The position numbers and the translations under genes are program-made. From Octopus sinensis (lineage: Eukaryota), in contig NC_043020.1 of NCBI RefSeq assembly GCF_006345805.1, positions 13,578,001 to 13,642,000 on the forward strand: a DNA stretch of 64,000 nucleotides. The letters are read 5' to 3'. Positions within the stretch are counted from its first letter, which is position 1. Every line of letters begins with the position of its first letter. Of this stretch, positions 24,917-37,247 are shown in pieces. The notes beneath the pieces are model-generated. The model made no database searches. It saw only the letters and a program-made list of their open reading frames with translations, and was not told the origin of the DNA.

Positions 24917-26350
24917 TTATTTATATGAAATGTAACCAAGGCGAAGAACCAAACAAATACACACACATATAAATTCTCTTGCCTCTCTCACTCCAACACC
25001 TCTAACTACCAAAGCTTGCCTCACTCTATCCAGCCACACAAACCGAGGTCTGCCTCTGGTTCTGCTGCCTACCACGTCTGCCTTTCTCACCCTCCTTACC
25101 ACTCTATCCAGCCACACAAACCGAGGTCTGCCTCTGGTTCTGTTGCCTACCACGTCTGCCTTTCTCACCCTCCTTACCACTCTATCCAGCCACACAAACC
25201 GAGGTCTGCCTCTGGTTCTGTTGCCTATCACGTCTGCCTTTCTCACCCTCCTTACCACACTATCCAGCCACACAAACCGAGGTCTACCTCTGGTTCTGCT
25301 GCCTACCACTTCTGCCTTTCTCACCCTCCTTACCACACTATCCAGCCACACAAACCGAGGTCTGCCTCTGGTTCTGTTGCCTACCACGTCTGCCTTTCTC
25401 ACCCTCCTTACCACTCTATCCAGCCACACAAACCGAGGTCTGCCTCTGGTTCTGTTGCCTACCACGTCTGCCTTTCTCACCCTCCTTACCACTCTATCCA
25501 GCCACACAAACCGAGGTCTGCCTCTGGTTCTGTTGCCTACCACGTCTGCCTTTCTCACCTTCCTTACCACTCTATCCAGCCACACAAACCGAGGTCTGCC
25601 TCTGGTTCTGTTGCCTACCACGTCTGCCTTTCTCACCCTCCTTACCACTCTATCCAGCCACACAAACCGAGGTCTGCCTCTGGTTCTGCTGCCTACCACT
25701 TCTGCCTTTCTCACCCTCCTTACCACTCTATCCAGCCACACAAACCGAGGTCTGCCTCTGGTTCTGCTGCCTACCACTTCTGCCTTTCTCACCCTCCTTA
25801 CCACTCTACCCAGCCACACAAACCGAGGTCTGCCTCTGGTTCTGCTGCCTACCACTTCTGCCTTTCTCACCCTCCTTACCACTCTATCCAGCCACACAAA
25901 CCGAGGTCTGCCTCTGGTTCTGCTGCCTACCACTTCTGCCTTTCTCACCCTCCTTACCACACTATCCAGCCACACAAACCGAGGTCTGCCTCTGGTTCTG
26001 TTGCCTACCACGTCTGCCTTTCTCACCCTCCTTACCACTCTATCCAGCCACACAAACCGAGGTCTGCCTCTGGTTCTGCTGCCTACCACTTCTGCCTTTC
26101 TCACCCTCCTTACCACTCTATCCAGCCACACAAACCGAGGTCTGCCTCTGGTTCTGCTGCCTACCACTTCTGCCTTTCTCACCCTCCTTACCACTCTATC
26201 CAGCCACACAAACCGAGGTCTGCCTCTGGTTCTGCTGCCTACCACGTCTGCCTTTCTCACCCTCCTTACCACTCTATCCAGCCACACAAACCGAGGTCTG
26301 CCTCTGGTTCTGTTGCCTACCACTTCTGCCTTTCTCACCCTCCTTACCAT
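24917..26350 (-). CDS. Hypothetical 477-aa repeat ORF with 17 RGRPR motifs (coding status unproven)
   Basis: Uninterrupted ATG-to-stop frame across the 78-bp array. Two + frames are also open, so openness alone is weak evidence. Confidence 0.12.
   Translation of the reverse strand: MVRRVRKAEVVGNRTRGRPRFVWLDRVVRRVRKADVVGSRTRGRPRFVWLDRVVRRVRKAEVVGSRTRGRPRFVWLDRVVRRVRKAEVVGSRTRGRPRFVWLDRVVRRVRKADVVGNRTRGRPRFVWLDSVVRRVRKAEVVGSRTRGRPRFVWLDRVVRRVRKAEVVGSRTRGRPRFVWLGRVVRRVRKAEVVGSRTRGRPRFVWLDRVVRRVRKAEVVGSRTRGRPRFVWLDRVVRRVRKADVVGNRTRGRPRFVWLDRVVRKVRKADVVGNRTRGRPRFVWLDRVVRRVRKADVVGNRTRGRPRFVWLDRVVRRVRKADVVGNRTRGRPRFVWLDSVVRRVRKAEVVGSRTRGRPRFVWLDSVVRRVRKADVIGNRTRGRPRFVWLDRVVRRVRKADVVGNRTRGRPRFVWLDRVVRRVRKADVVGSRTRGRPRFVWLDRVRQALVVRGVGVREAREFICVCICLVLRLGYISYK
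25022..26347. repeat. Tandem array, 78-bp unit x17, derived from an RTE-type ORF2 C-terminal motif
   Basis: Units start at 25022+78n. The minus frame gives (VVRRVRKAEVVGSRTRGRPRFVWLDR)n followed by VRQALVVRGVGVREARE, resembling the G.R.RGRP..W.D motif of RTE ORF2. Confidence 0.9.
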
Positions 26351-26637
26351 CTGTCAAATGTAATGCTTATTTATACTCTTTTACTTGTTTCAGTCATTTG
26401 ACTGCGGCCAATGGTTACTTTGGTATGGTTTCTATGGCTGGACGCCCTTCCTAATGCCAACCATTTTACAGGGGAATTACAACCGTGTTTTGTGGTCTGC
26501 TACCACACCAGCTCCTTTATAGGATCCAGTTAGCTCAAGGCATCATCAGGAGGAACCACGTCCGGTTTCGGCCCCTACTCCTCTAAACGTCCAACCCATG
26601 CCAGCATGGAAAACAGATGTTAAAAGATGTTGATAGT

Positions 26638-26669
26638 TTCTCTCTCACTATCTCTCTCTCTCTCTCGCT

Positions 26670-26706
<37 letters not shown>

Positions 26707-26724
26707 CACTCGCTATCTCTCTCT

Positions 26725-26772
<48 letters not shown>

Positions 26773-26926
26773 ATCTCTCTCTCTCTCTCTCGCGCTCGCT
26801 ATCTTTCTCTCCCTCTCTCTCTCTCTCTCTCTCCCTCTCTCTCTCTCACTATCTCTCTCTCTCTCGCTATCTCTCTCTCTCTCGCGCTCGCTATCTCTCT
26901 CTCTCTCCCTCTCTCTCCCTCTCTCT
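26638..26926. repeat. (CT)n microsatellite with CGCTAT interruptions
   Basis: Direct reading. Confidence 0.95.
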
Positions 26927-27551
26927 CATGCGCACAGAAACCCAGTGTAATATTTTGTTGATTACCTTGCCATTATAACTGTAATTAATTCAACACTTAA
27001 TCAATATGTTGCTGTTGCTACTGCTGCGGCTGCTGCTGCTACCACTCCTCCCGTATGGTTCCATTTGTATTGGAAACGGTACAGCCCGAGCAGCAAGGGA
27101 AGTTTGTAATTTTCTCATCTCATTGTGGGTGATTCCAGAACCTTCAGAAATTACTTACCATCATCGCATTGGTGGCAGGGTGGTTGGTGGTGGTGGTGGT
27201 GGTGGTGGTGGTGGGAGTGGTGGGGTGGGGTGGGGTGGCGAGGTGGAGAAGAGTCGAGAGGAAGTAGTTTGACCTTTCTCCTAATCTGTCTGTTGTCTGT
27301 AACAGGGTGGAGGTAGGGGGCCCGGGGGGGGTGAGAGTAAAAGCGGGCAGGGAGAGAAAGGTGAGGGGGATGTGGAGTGGGGTGGGGCCCCGGGGGGGGG
27401 GGTGTTAGCTAGGTTTTGTATCATCATTGTCAATGATAATCAGTCACCACTCTCCGTGAAGATGAGAGTGAGGGGGTGGGTGGGGTGGGGGTGGGGTGCT
27501 ACTACCGAAGTTTGGTCTCCTGGCAAAATAAAATTTAAATGTGTCACTTGC

Positions 27552-27589
<38 letters not shown>

Positions 27590-27684
27590 CAAACTTAACA
27601 GTTCAACAACAAGGTTTGAGGTTCAAGCACTGAGTGGGTCTCTATCTTCTAGGTTTCATCTTCATCCCCCATCAAAATCTGAAT

Positions 27685-27980
27685 ACTACTACTACTACTA
27701 CTACAAGTGCCAATATATACTAGTGTTACCTTCATCATTACCACTGCCATCATCATCATCATCATAATCATCACCACCATAACCCATTATCATCAGCAGC
27801 ATTATCATCATCATCATTACTACTACTACTACTACTACTACTACTACAAGTGTCAATATATACTAGTGTTACCTTCATCATCACCACTGCCATCATCATC
27901 ATCATAATCATCTCCAACATTACAACCACCATAACCCATTATCATCATTAGCATTGTCATCATCATCATCATCATCATAA
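27685..27980. repeat. (TAC)n/(CAT)n tract with a local ~90-bp duplication
   Basis: TACAAGTG(C/T)CAATATATACTAGTGTTACCTTCATCAT occurs at ~27702 and ~27845. Confidence 0.85.
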
Positions 27981-28322
27981 ACTCAAAGAATCCTTGGTGT
28001 ATCAGACAAAAATGCCTTGTGGTTTTTATTTTGTTGGCATTCTGGGTCCAAATCCTGCTGAGGTCAACTTTGCCTTTCATTCCTTTTGGGGGATGAGTAA
28101 ATGGAAATAACCAGTAAAAGTTGTGAGGGTCAATGAAATCAGCTAAATACCCTCTCCCTGCATTCTCTCCTCAAAATTACTGACTTTCTCCCTAAATTAG
28201 TAGCCGTTATTTTTTTCAACATGTTCATTACCACTGCCATTATCATCAACCAACTCCCTCCTACTACCATCACTCTCCTCATCATCATCACCATCATCAT
28301 TGCTCTTTTTCTCTTTTTTTTC

Positions 28323-28707
28323 TTCTCTTTTTACTTGTTTCAGTCATTTGACTGCGGCCATGCTGGAGCACCGCCTTTAATCGAGTAACTCGACCCCGGG
28401 ACTTATTCATTTGTAAGCCCAGTACTTATTCTATCGGTCTCTTTTTTGCCGAACCGCTAAGTGACGGGGACGTAAACACACCAGCATCGGATGTCAAGCA
28501 ATGCTAGGGGGACAAACACAGACACACAAACATACACACACATACATATATATACATATACATATATTCGACAGGCTTCTTTCAGTTTCCGTCTACCAAA
28601 TCCACTCACAAGGCATTGGTCGGCCCGAGGCTATAGCAGAAGACACTTGCCCAAGATGCCACGCAGTGGAACTGAACCCGGAACCATGTGGTTGGTTAGC
28701 AAGCTAC
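28323..28707 (-). mobile_element. SINE family A
   Basis: Full-length match. Confidence 0.9.
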
Positions 28708-28994
28708 TTACCACACAGCCACTCCTGCTGTCACCAACACCACCATCATCATCATTATCAGCAGCAGCAATGCCATCATCATCAATGTCTAAGGCAGTAA
28801 AAGGAGAAAGGGATTAGATACAAATTAAAGCAGGAAGGATCGGTTTACCATCAACATTCGTGTGGCGATGGTTAAATAGTTGCAGTGCAGAGTGATTGTG
28901 GTGGTGGTGGTGGTGGCGGTGTCACTGGTGGGTGTGTAATGTGCCACATAAGACGATGACCTACCCCCCGCCCACCAATATATATGATTCTATA

Positions 28995-29156
28995 GGCGCA
29001 GGAGTGGCTGTGTGGTAAGTAGCTTGCTTACCAACCACATGGTTCCGGGTTCAGTCCCACTGCGTGGCACCTTGGGCAAGTGTCTGCTACTATAGCCTTG
29101 GGCTAACCAAAGCCTTGCGAGTGGATTTGGTAGACGGAAACTGAAAGAAGCCCATC

Positions 29157-29198
<42 letters not shown>

Positions 29199-29402
29199 AT
29201 GTATGTTTGTGTTTGTCCCCCTAGCATTGCTTGACAACCGATGCTGGTATGTTTATGTCCCCGTTACTTAGCTGTTCGGCAAAAGAGACTGATAGAATAA
29301 GTACTAGGCTTACAAAGAATAAGTCCTGGGGTTGATTTGCTCGACTAAAAGCGGTGCTCCAGCATGGCCACAGTCAAATGATTGAAACCAGTAAAAGAGT
29401 AA
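28995..29402 (+). mobile_element. SINE family A
   Basis: Full-length match. Confidence 0.9.
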
Positions 29403-29690
29403 AGGAGGGATATATTATCCAGATGGATACTGTGTTAGCTCTTTGCTTGGTTTCATATGCCGGCTCACCACAACAGTCAGTATCCAATGCCAGTGCTTAT
29501 AGTAAATTGTTAGCCACTGGTAAATTCTCCCGTTGGGTAAATCCATGTGTCCTTCTCATGTTCACTTTGAAGAAAACCAAATGGACAGACACTGATGAAA
29601 CTGCACTAACAATATTGCAAAGTTGCATCTGCAACAATGTGCAGTCACTGCAGTGGAAACACCCATAGGCCATTGTAATATACTGTATAT

Positions 29691-30342
29691 TGTAATTTAG
29701 TTAGTTAGTTAGTTGGTTAATTTTTTGGCTCAAAAAGCAAAAAGCAAGGCCATGTAGGGGACATGGAGTTATGTACAGGGAGGGTGTTCATGCAAAGAGT
29801 TCAGGCCATTTCTGGTCAAGAGACAATTTGAACCGAGCGGTCGTCGGCATCTTCACTATCTTGTCCGGCAGCTTATTCCACAGATCCACAGCCCGGACAG
29901 AGAAAGCCCCTCTCCTTCAATTGAGATGAAATCGTCGCAGATAGAGCTTTTCGGAGTGACCCCGCAGCCTACGCTCTGGAGCAGGAGTGAAGAACAGCTC
30001 TTTCGAGAGGTTACACTTTCTGCTTATGATGTTGTGAGCAAGAATGAGATCACCACGGCAGCGGCGTTTTTCTAGAGAATAAAGGTCGAGCGTCTTCAGC
30101 CTTTCTTCATAAGACAAATGCTTGAAACCAAGAACCATGCGGGTAGCCAGCTTCTGGACTCTTTCGAGATGCTGTATGTCTTTGAGGAGATAAGGAGAAG
30201 AGGCTTGAATCCCGTACTCCAATATGGGTCTCACCAGCGTGACATAGAGCGGTAGGAATATGGCTGCTGTGAGCATTCCGAATGACCGTCGAATCAAAAA
30301 CAGAACTCTGCATGCTTTGTTGGCAGCATGGATGCACTGGGC
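29691..30342 (-). mobile_element. 5'-truncated CR1-clade LINE with (TAAC)n tail and 13-bp TSD
   Basis: LYVTLVRPILEY..QASSPY..KDI..LERVQKLATRMV.G...LSYEERLK.L.LYSLEKRR.RGDLI..H is a CR1 ORF2 C-terminal signature. In-frame TGA at 29917-29919. ATATACTGTATAT occurs at 29678-29690 and 30343-30355. Confidence 0.88.
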
Positions 30343-30714
30343 ATATACTGTATATAACTGTAAAATAAAAATAGGGTATGTACAACTCTTCATACTTCAG
30401 AAGCAACAGCATGACTCAAGGGCCGAATATTTTGTGCATTGGCACTTATTGAACTTGTAGGTTTTTCCCTGAATATGTAATTTACTAAATCTATATCACA
30501 TTAATTAAATCTAAAAATACAGCTGTTAAAGTGGATACAAGGAGAAATGTGAATTGTTGCATTTGTGTGGCTATACTTTATTAAACCCTGTATTTAGATT
30601 AATTAAAAGAATCCAAATATAATCAGCAATTAATTAGATGCTTAATGAATCATAACAATTAAAAACATAATTTCAAATGTATCACACATCTGAAATTGTT
30701 ACCTTTAAAAATGA

Positions 30715-31060
30715 AGAAGCAGTGAAGCTCGTCCGTTGCCAGCCTCGCCTGGCCCCCGTGCCGGTAGCACGTAAAAGCACCATCCCTTCGTGTCCGTTGC
30801 TAGCTTCAACTGGCCCCCATGCCGGTGGTACGTAAAAGCACCATCCGTTCGTGGCCGCTTGCCAGCTCCGTCTGGCACCTGTGCAGGTGGCATGTAAAAA
30901 GCACCCACTACACTCACGGAGTGGTTGGCGTTAGGAAGGGCATCCAGCCGTAGAAACTCTGCCAGATCAGACTGGGCCTGATGCAGCCTTCTGGCTTCAC
31001 AGACCCCAGTTGAACCGTCCAACCCATGCTAGCATGGAAAGCGGACGCTAAATGGTGATG
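30715..31060 (+). mobile_element. RTE 3'-UTR fragment with GTGCCGGTGGCAC sub-repeats
   Basis: Matches the 3' UTR of the RTE copies at 46485-47290 and 62408-63040. Confidence 0.85.
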
Positions 31061-31384
31061 AGTGAAGCCTATTGTCAACCAAATAAACTGAAACAAACAA
31101 GATGTCCTTTGCGCAGAATTGCAATCCAATGAATGTAGTAGAGGGGGGGGGGCTTGTCTTATGTTTTTCAATATTGGTAGAGCAGGGAACAATATGCTCA
31201 GTGCTATGTTAGTTAAATTCCTTTACTTCCTCAGTTCATCAAACTAAGATTGGATTTCTCTTTAAATTTTCTGAGGTTGATAAGATAAGATAAGGTCCAA
31301 GGGCCGCCAAGTACCAGTGTTAACCTAATTGACTGTCATCCCTCCCCCCACCCACAAATGCCAGTATTAGAAACTATTATTACT

Positions 31385-31970
31385 AGGAGCTGGCAGAATC
31401 GTTAGCACCCTGGACAAAATGTTTAACGGTATTTCACCTGTCATTACATTCTGAGTCCAAATTCCACCAAGGTCGACTTTGCTTTTCATCCTTTCGGGGT
31501 CGATGTAATCAACTACCCCCTCCCATCAAATTCCAGGCCTTTAGCCTATAGTAGAAAGGATCATTATTAAGGCGGCAAGATGACAGAATCGTTAGCACAC
31601 CAGGTGAAATGCTTACCAGTATTTCATCTGTCACTACGTTCTGAGTTCAAATTCCACCGAGGTCAACTTTGCTTTTTATCCTTTCAGTGTCGATTAGTCC
31701 CCTCCCCGCAAAAATTGCTATCCTTGTAGCAAAATTTGAAACTATCATTATTATTATTAAGGCAGCAAGCTGGCAGAATTATTAACACACCGGGCAAAAT
31801 GCTTGGCAGTATTTTGTCCAACTTCACATTCTGAGTTCAAATTCCACTGAGGTTAACTTTGCCGTTCCTCTTTTCAGGGTCAATAAAATAAGTACCTGTT
31901 TAGTACTGGGGTTGATGTAATCAATTATCCCCTCCCCCAAATTTCAGGCCTTATGCTTATAGTAGAAAGG
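31385..31970 (+). mobile_element. Cluster of degenerate family-B SINEs
   Basis: Three repeated GGCAGAAT...GAGTTCAAATTCC blocks. Confidence 0.75.
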
Positions 31971-32411
31971 AAAGTTTGGTATACGGAAACTGAAAGAAGC
32001 CCGTCATATATATGTATGTATGTGTGTGTATATATGTCTGTGTTTGTCCGCTCAACACTGCTTGACAACCAATGCTGGTGTGTTTACGTCCCCCATAACT
32101 TAGCGGTTCGGCAAAGGAGACCGATAGAATAAGTACCAGGCTTACAAAGTGTAAGTTCTGGATGCTCCAGTATGGCCACAGTCAAATGACTGAAACAAGT
32201 AAAAGAGTATTAGTTCAAGTACCCATTTCTGCTGTGAGTCCAGGGTTTCCAATCTACGTTGGAAATTCCTTCTTATCATTATCATCATCATCATCATCAT
32301 CAGTTACAGAGTAACTGTTGCCATAGTGCACCTGCAATATAGGGTGCAGCATAGAGTAGCAGGTGTGCCTGTAGTCCAGGTGAACATATCCACTTTGAAG
32401 TTATGTATTCT

Positions 32412-32820
32412 TTTTTACTCTTTTACTTGTTTCAGTCATTTGACTGCGGCCATGCTGGAGCACCGCCTTTAGTCGAGCAAATCGACCCTGGGACTTATTC
32501 TTTTTGTAAGCCCAGTACTTATTCTATCGGTCTCTTTTGCCGAACCGCTAAGTGACGGGGACGTAAACACACCAGCATCAGTTGTCAAGCAATGCTAGGG
32601 GGACAAACACAGACACACAAACACACATATATATATATATATACACACATATATACGACAGGCTTCTTTCAGTTTCTGTCTACCAAATCCACTCACAAGG
32701 CTTTGGTCGGCCCGGGGCTATAGCAGAAGACACTTGCCCAAGATGCCGCGCAGTGGGACTGAACCCGGAACCATGTGGTTGGTTAGCAAGCTACTTACCA
32801 CACGGCCACTCCTGCGCCTA
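32412..32820 (-). mobile_element. SINE family A
   Basis: Full-length match. Confidence 0.9.
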
Positions 32821-33014
32821 TTGAGTACTTTGCCATAAGTTTTGATTTTTCTCCTCATTTATAACCAAAATAAAAACAAAAAATTAATATACACACACAC
32901 ACACCTGCATTTTTTCCACCTGCAACTTGAGTTACCTGTACTGGAGTGAAACGGGACCCTTCAACCACTGACAATCCTTCTTGCCCCATTTCCCCATCCT
33001 GGTCCCTCTCGTAT

Positions 33015-33410
33015 CATTGCTCTCCCTCTTTCTCACTCTCACTCCCTTTCACTCTACCTTCTCTCTCTCTTTCTCACTCCCTTTTACTCTACCTTCTCTC
33101 TCTCTCTCACTCTCACTCTCTTTCACTCTACCTTCTCTCTCACTCTCACTCCCTTTCACTCTACTTTCTCTCTCTCTCTCTCTCACTCTCACTCCCTTTC
33201 ACTCTACCTTCTTTCACTCTACCTTCTCTCTCTCTCTCTCTCTCACTCTCTCTCTCTCACTCTCACTCCCTTTCACTCTGCCTTCTCTCTCTCTCTCTTC
33301 ATTCTCTCCTTGACCTTTCACTCTTACTCCTCCTCTTACTCTCACTTCCCTTTTATGTCTTAGTCTCTCCTCAACCTCTCTCTCCCTCTCTCTTTCATCT
33401 CTCCCCCTCA
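33015..33410. repeat. CT-rich compound repeat
   Basis: Direct reading (CTCTCACTC / TTTCACTCTACCTT units). Confidence 0.9.
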
Positions 33411-33624
33411 CCCCTCTGTCTTCACCACATCCCTTCACCCCATTACTTTCTATTCACCCCCACCTACCCACCCACACACCTACTGTCCCCCACCCTCACA
33501 GTTTCCTCCCACACCACAGACTCTCCCCTCTCCTAATTACAACCTGTTTTCTTTTAATTATTCAGTGTTTTACATGTTAATCTTAATTATCAACAAGAAG
33601 ATTCTGTTGATTAGGAATGTCTGC

Positions 33625-33893
33625 ATGTGTACCTGTGTGTGTGTGTGTATGTGTATCTGTGTGTGTGTGTATGTGTATTTGTGTTTATGCATAGGTGTGT
33701 GTGTATGTGTATCTGTGTGTGTGTGTATGTATATGTGTATTTGTGTTTATGCATAGGTGTGTGTGTATGCGTATCTGTGTGTGTGTGTGCGTGTATGTGT
33801 ATCTGTGTGTGTGTGTGTATGTGTATTTGTGTTTATGCATAGGTATGTGTGTGTGTGTGTATGTGTATCTGTGTGTGTGTGCATGTATGTGTA

Positions 33894-33928
<35 letters not shown>

Positions 33929-34384
33929 GTATTTCTGCGTGTGTCCATATGTAACTGCCTCTGTGTGTGTAGATATGTCTGTATATGTATTTGTCTGTGT
34001 GCATAGATATGGCTCTGTGTGTCTGTGTGTGTCTGTGTATTTGTGTGAATGCATAGGTGTGTGTGTTTGTGTCTAGAAATGTCTGTATCTATCTGTGTGC
34101 ACATGTGTGTGTGTGTGTGTGTATGTATGTGTATGTATGTGTGTGTGTGTGTGTGTGGTGTGTGTGTGTGTAGGTATTTCTGCGTGTGTCCATATGTAAC
34201 TGCCTCTGTGTGTGTAGATATGTCTGTATATGTATTTGTCTGTGTGCATAGATATGGCTCTGTGTGTCTGTGTGTGTCTGTGTATTTGTGTGAATGCATA
34301 GGTGTGTGTGTTTGTGTCTAGAAATGTCTGTATCTATCTGTGTGCACATGTGTGTGTGTGTGTGTGTATGTATGTGTATGTATG

Positions 34385-34410
<26 letters not shown>
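33625..34410. repeat. Compound (GT)n tract with a ~245-bp direct duplication
   Basis: GTAGGTATTTCTGCGTGTGTCC...GTGCACATG occurs at ~33925 and ~34170. Confidence 0.9.
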
Positions 34411-34416
<6 letters not shown>

Positions 34417-34863
34417 GGTATGTATGTTTCTGCTTCTGTGTATCTATGTCTTTGTTAATATATGTGTGTATATGTTTTTGTGCATATATCTGTGATACTA
34501 TATCTATAGGTGCAGGAGTGGCCGTGTGGTAAGTAGCTTGCTTACCAACCACATGGTTCCGGGTTCAGTCCCACTGCATGGCACCTTGGGTGGGAAGCAA
34601 ACTTAGGCACAACGTCAGACTCACACACACTCATAGACTCAAGTTGAGACACACATAGAAACTCAATGGTACAAGACACACATTTTTTTTATTTTTTTAT
34701 TTTATTTGTTTGTCATTTTGACTGCGGCCATGCAGGAGCACTGCCTTTAGTTGAGCAAAATATTGGTCTTCTCTTTTGCCGAACCGCTAAGTTATGGGGA
34801 CGTAAACACACCAGCATTGGTTGTCAAGCGACGTTGGGGGGACAAACTCAGACACACAAACAT

Positions 34864-34902
<39 letters not shown>

Positions 34903-34974
34903 CCGGAGTAAACACATAAATGTGAAACAAGGTGGAAAAAAAGAGTACTCAAATACCAGGGGTAGAGTTATATG

Positions 34975-35114
34975 CTTTATTTAAAAGCAGCAGAAATTCA
35001 ACAAAACCTGTTACTCGGAGTTTCACGTTCCCGTTCATCAAAACTGTCCGACGAGCGGGAACATGAAACTCCGAGTAACAGGTTTTGTTGAATTTCTGCT
35101 GCTTTTAAATAAAG
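34975..35114. repeat. 140-bp palindrome, probably a Penelope-like element remnant
   Basis: Perfect 51-bp arms (34975-35025 and 35064-35114), 14 more bp with 3 mismatches, and a 10-nt loop. Confidence 0.9.
35044..35081 (+). ncRNA. Minimal type-I hammerhead ribozyme-like motif (variant core)
   Basis: Stem I CTGT/ACAG; core CCGACGA (U4>C); stem II GCG-GGAA-CAT (ACG/CGT in the opposite arm); GAAA; palindromic stem III ACTC-C-GAGT; GUA cleavage triplet. Confidence 0.5.
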
Positions 35115-35129
35115 TATATATATATATAT

Positions 35130-35280
35130 GAGTGGTTGGCGTTAGGAAGGGCATCCAGCTGTAGAAACACCGCCAGATGTGACTGGCCTGGTGCAGCCTT
35201 CGGGCTTCCCAGACCTCAGTTGAACTGTCCAAACCATGCTAGCATGGAAAGCGGACGTTAAACGATGATGATGATGATGA
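35130..35280 (+). mobile_element. RTE 3'-UTR fragment
   Basis: Shared motif and (GAT)n tail. Confidence 0.8.
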
Positions 35281-35316
35281 CTACTATCATCATCATAATC
35301 ATCATTATTAATTTTA

Positions 35317-35356
<40 letters not shown>

Positions 35357-36015
35357 TGAGGGTACTACTATTCGTAGATACCATACGCTGAGAGGGACCA
35401 ACCCTCAATATATATAAATAAATATTTTCGAAGTGGAAAAATTTACGGATTTTTTCTCTTACGAGGTTTTTCACGCTAACTACTGATAATTTCTTTTAAA
35501 GATTTTATCTCAATTGTTAATATATATATATATATACGACGAGCTTCTTTCAGTTTCTGTCTACAAAATCCACTCACAAGGCTTTGGTCAGCCCGAGGCT
35601 ATAGTAGAAGACACATGCCCAAGGTGCCATGCAGTGGGACTGAACCTGGAACCATGTGGTTGATAAGCAAGCTACTTACCACACAGCCACTCCTGCACCT
35701 ATCTTTATATTCCCCATCTAATTTAAATTTCCTTTTCAAGTGATGCCAAAGGTTTTGCTTTTTCATTTTTACTTCAATCTATAAACACAAACACACAAAA
35801 GTGTGTTTGTGTGTTTGAGAAAGAAGAAACATACCTGGTTAATGTTGAACCCCCCTCTGTCTTTTCACCACCATATTTACATTTCTAGCAGCAGTGTTGT
35901 GGCTATGATGCTGGAATCAAACCCATATCACTTTGCTGTTGTTGTACGGCTGTCCATCCATCAGGTCTGATTGGGTGCCGAAGTAGTCTAACCTTAATTA
36001 TTTACCTAAATCTAC

Positions 36016-36186
36016 AGCGCAGGAGTGGCTGTGTGGTAAGTAGCTTGCTTAACAACTACATGGTTCCGGGTTCAGTCCCACTGCGTGGCATCTTGGGCAA
36101 GTGTCTTCTGCTATAGCCCCGGGCCGACCAATGCCTTGTGAGTGGATTTGGTAGACGGAAACTGAAAGAAGCCTGTCGTATATATG

Positions 36187-36221
<35 letters not shown>

Positions 36222-36441
36222 GTATGTGTTTGTGTGTCTGTGTTTGTCCCCCTAGCATTGCTTGACAACCGATGCTGGTGTGTTTACGTCCCCGTCACTT
36301 AGCGGTTCGGCAAAAAGAGACCGATAGAATAAGTTCTGGGCTTACAAAGAATAAGTCCCGGGGTCGATTTGCTCGACTAAAGGTGGTGCTCCAGCATGGC
36401 CACAGTCAAATGACTGAAACAAGTAAAAGAGAGTAAAGAGT
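36016..36441 (+). mobile_element. SINE family A
   Basis: Full-length match. Confidence 0.9.
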
Positions 36442-37186
36442 ATCCAACATACCTCTTCCTTTTGTAATTTTTAGTAAATTTGGCTGCTGTTTCTTGCATG
36501 TTGTACTCTTCCCATTGGTCCTCCCTTGCTCTCCACCATCAGCTTTGCCTCTACTCTGTTGGAATTAATGCTGGAATATCCTAACTTTCGGTCAGTTTAT
36601 TAATAATCTTATTCCGCCCACCACTACATTTTACATTTGAATAAACCTTTATTTCTCGACCAGATGTTTTGCCAGAACCATTTCATGTATGAACAGATCT
36701 GATTCCAATCTAATATCTACCTGTAGAGAATACTCTTGATGATGTTGACTCTATGAGAATCACAGACTTGCAGGAAGTTCTTCAGCCACCTTTTCTCTCT
36801 TCATCCTCATCTTTTAATCTCCTTTTCTTATTTTTCTTCATTACCCCTTTTCCCCCCCCCCCCCCCAATTTCATTTCTGAATTTTTCTTTACCATATTCT
36901 GTAATATAACTATTATTGTTATTTAATTCGGTGAAGACAGACACACTGTCAGCGATCGCTATGAAAGTAAACTGCAAGACTTGCTGTCATCCAACGGTAG
37001 GCAGGATCTCTTCAAGTGTAAATCTGTGGAAAACGATTGCTTCCAACATCCACATCCAATTAAGACGTCATTTCGCCGCTCCAACTCGTGTTTGACTTAT
37101 TCAAGTGTAAAATAAAACCCATTCCTGCTTCAATAAACCATTTTTAATACATTAGCTCCATATAATAATATTATCATTATTATCAT

Positions 37187-37247
<61 letters not shown>

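Noticed and set aside
25016-26401. Two long + strand ORFs (461 and 406 aa)
   Set aside because: Open only because the 78-bp unit lacks stops; antisense to the LINE frame.
33565-34552. Cys/Val/His-Thr rich ORFs
   Set aside because: Translations of (GT)n microsatellites.
36590-36700. Minus-strand GSGKTS...WW resembling a viral Rep Walker A
   Set aside because: Multiple stops, wrong spacing and no Walker B; likely chance.
36930-37015. Possible small exon (DRHTVSDRYESKLQDLLSSN followed by GTAGG)
   Set aside because: No convincing acceptor, and no partner exons or homology.
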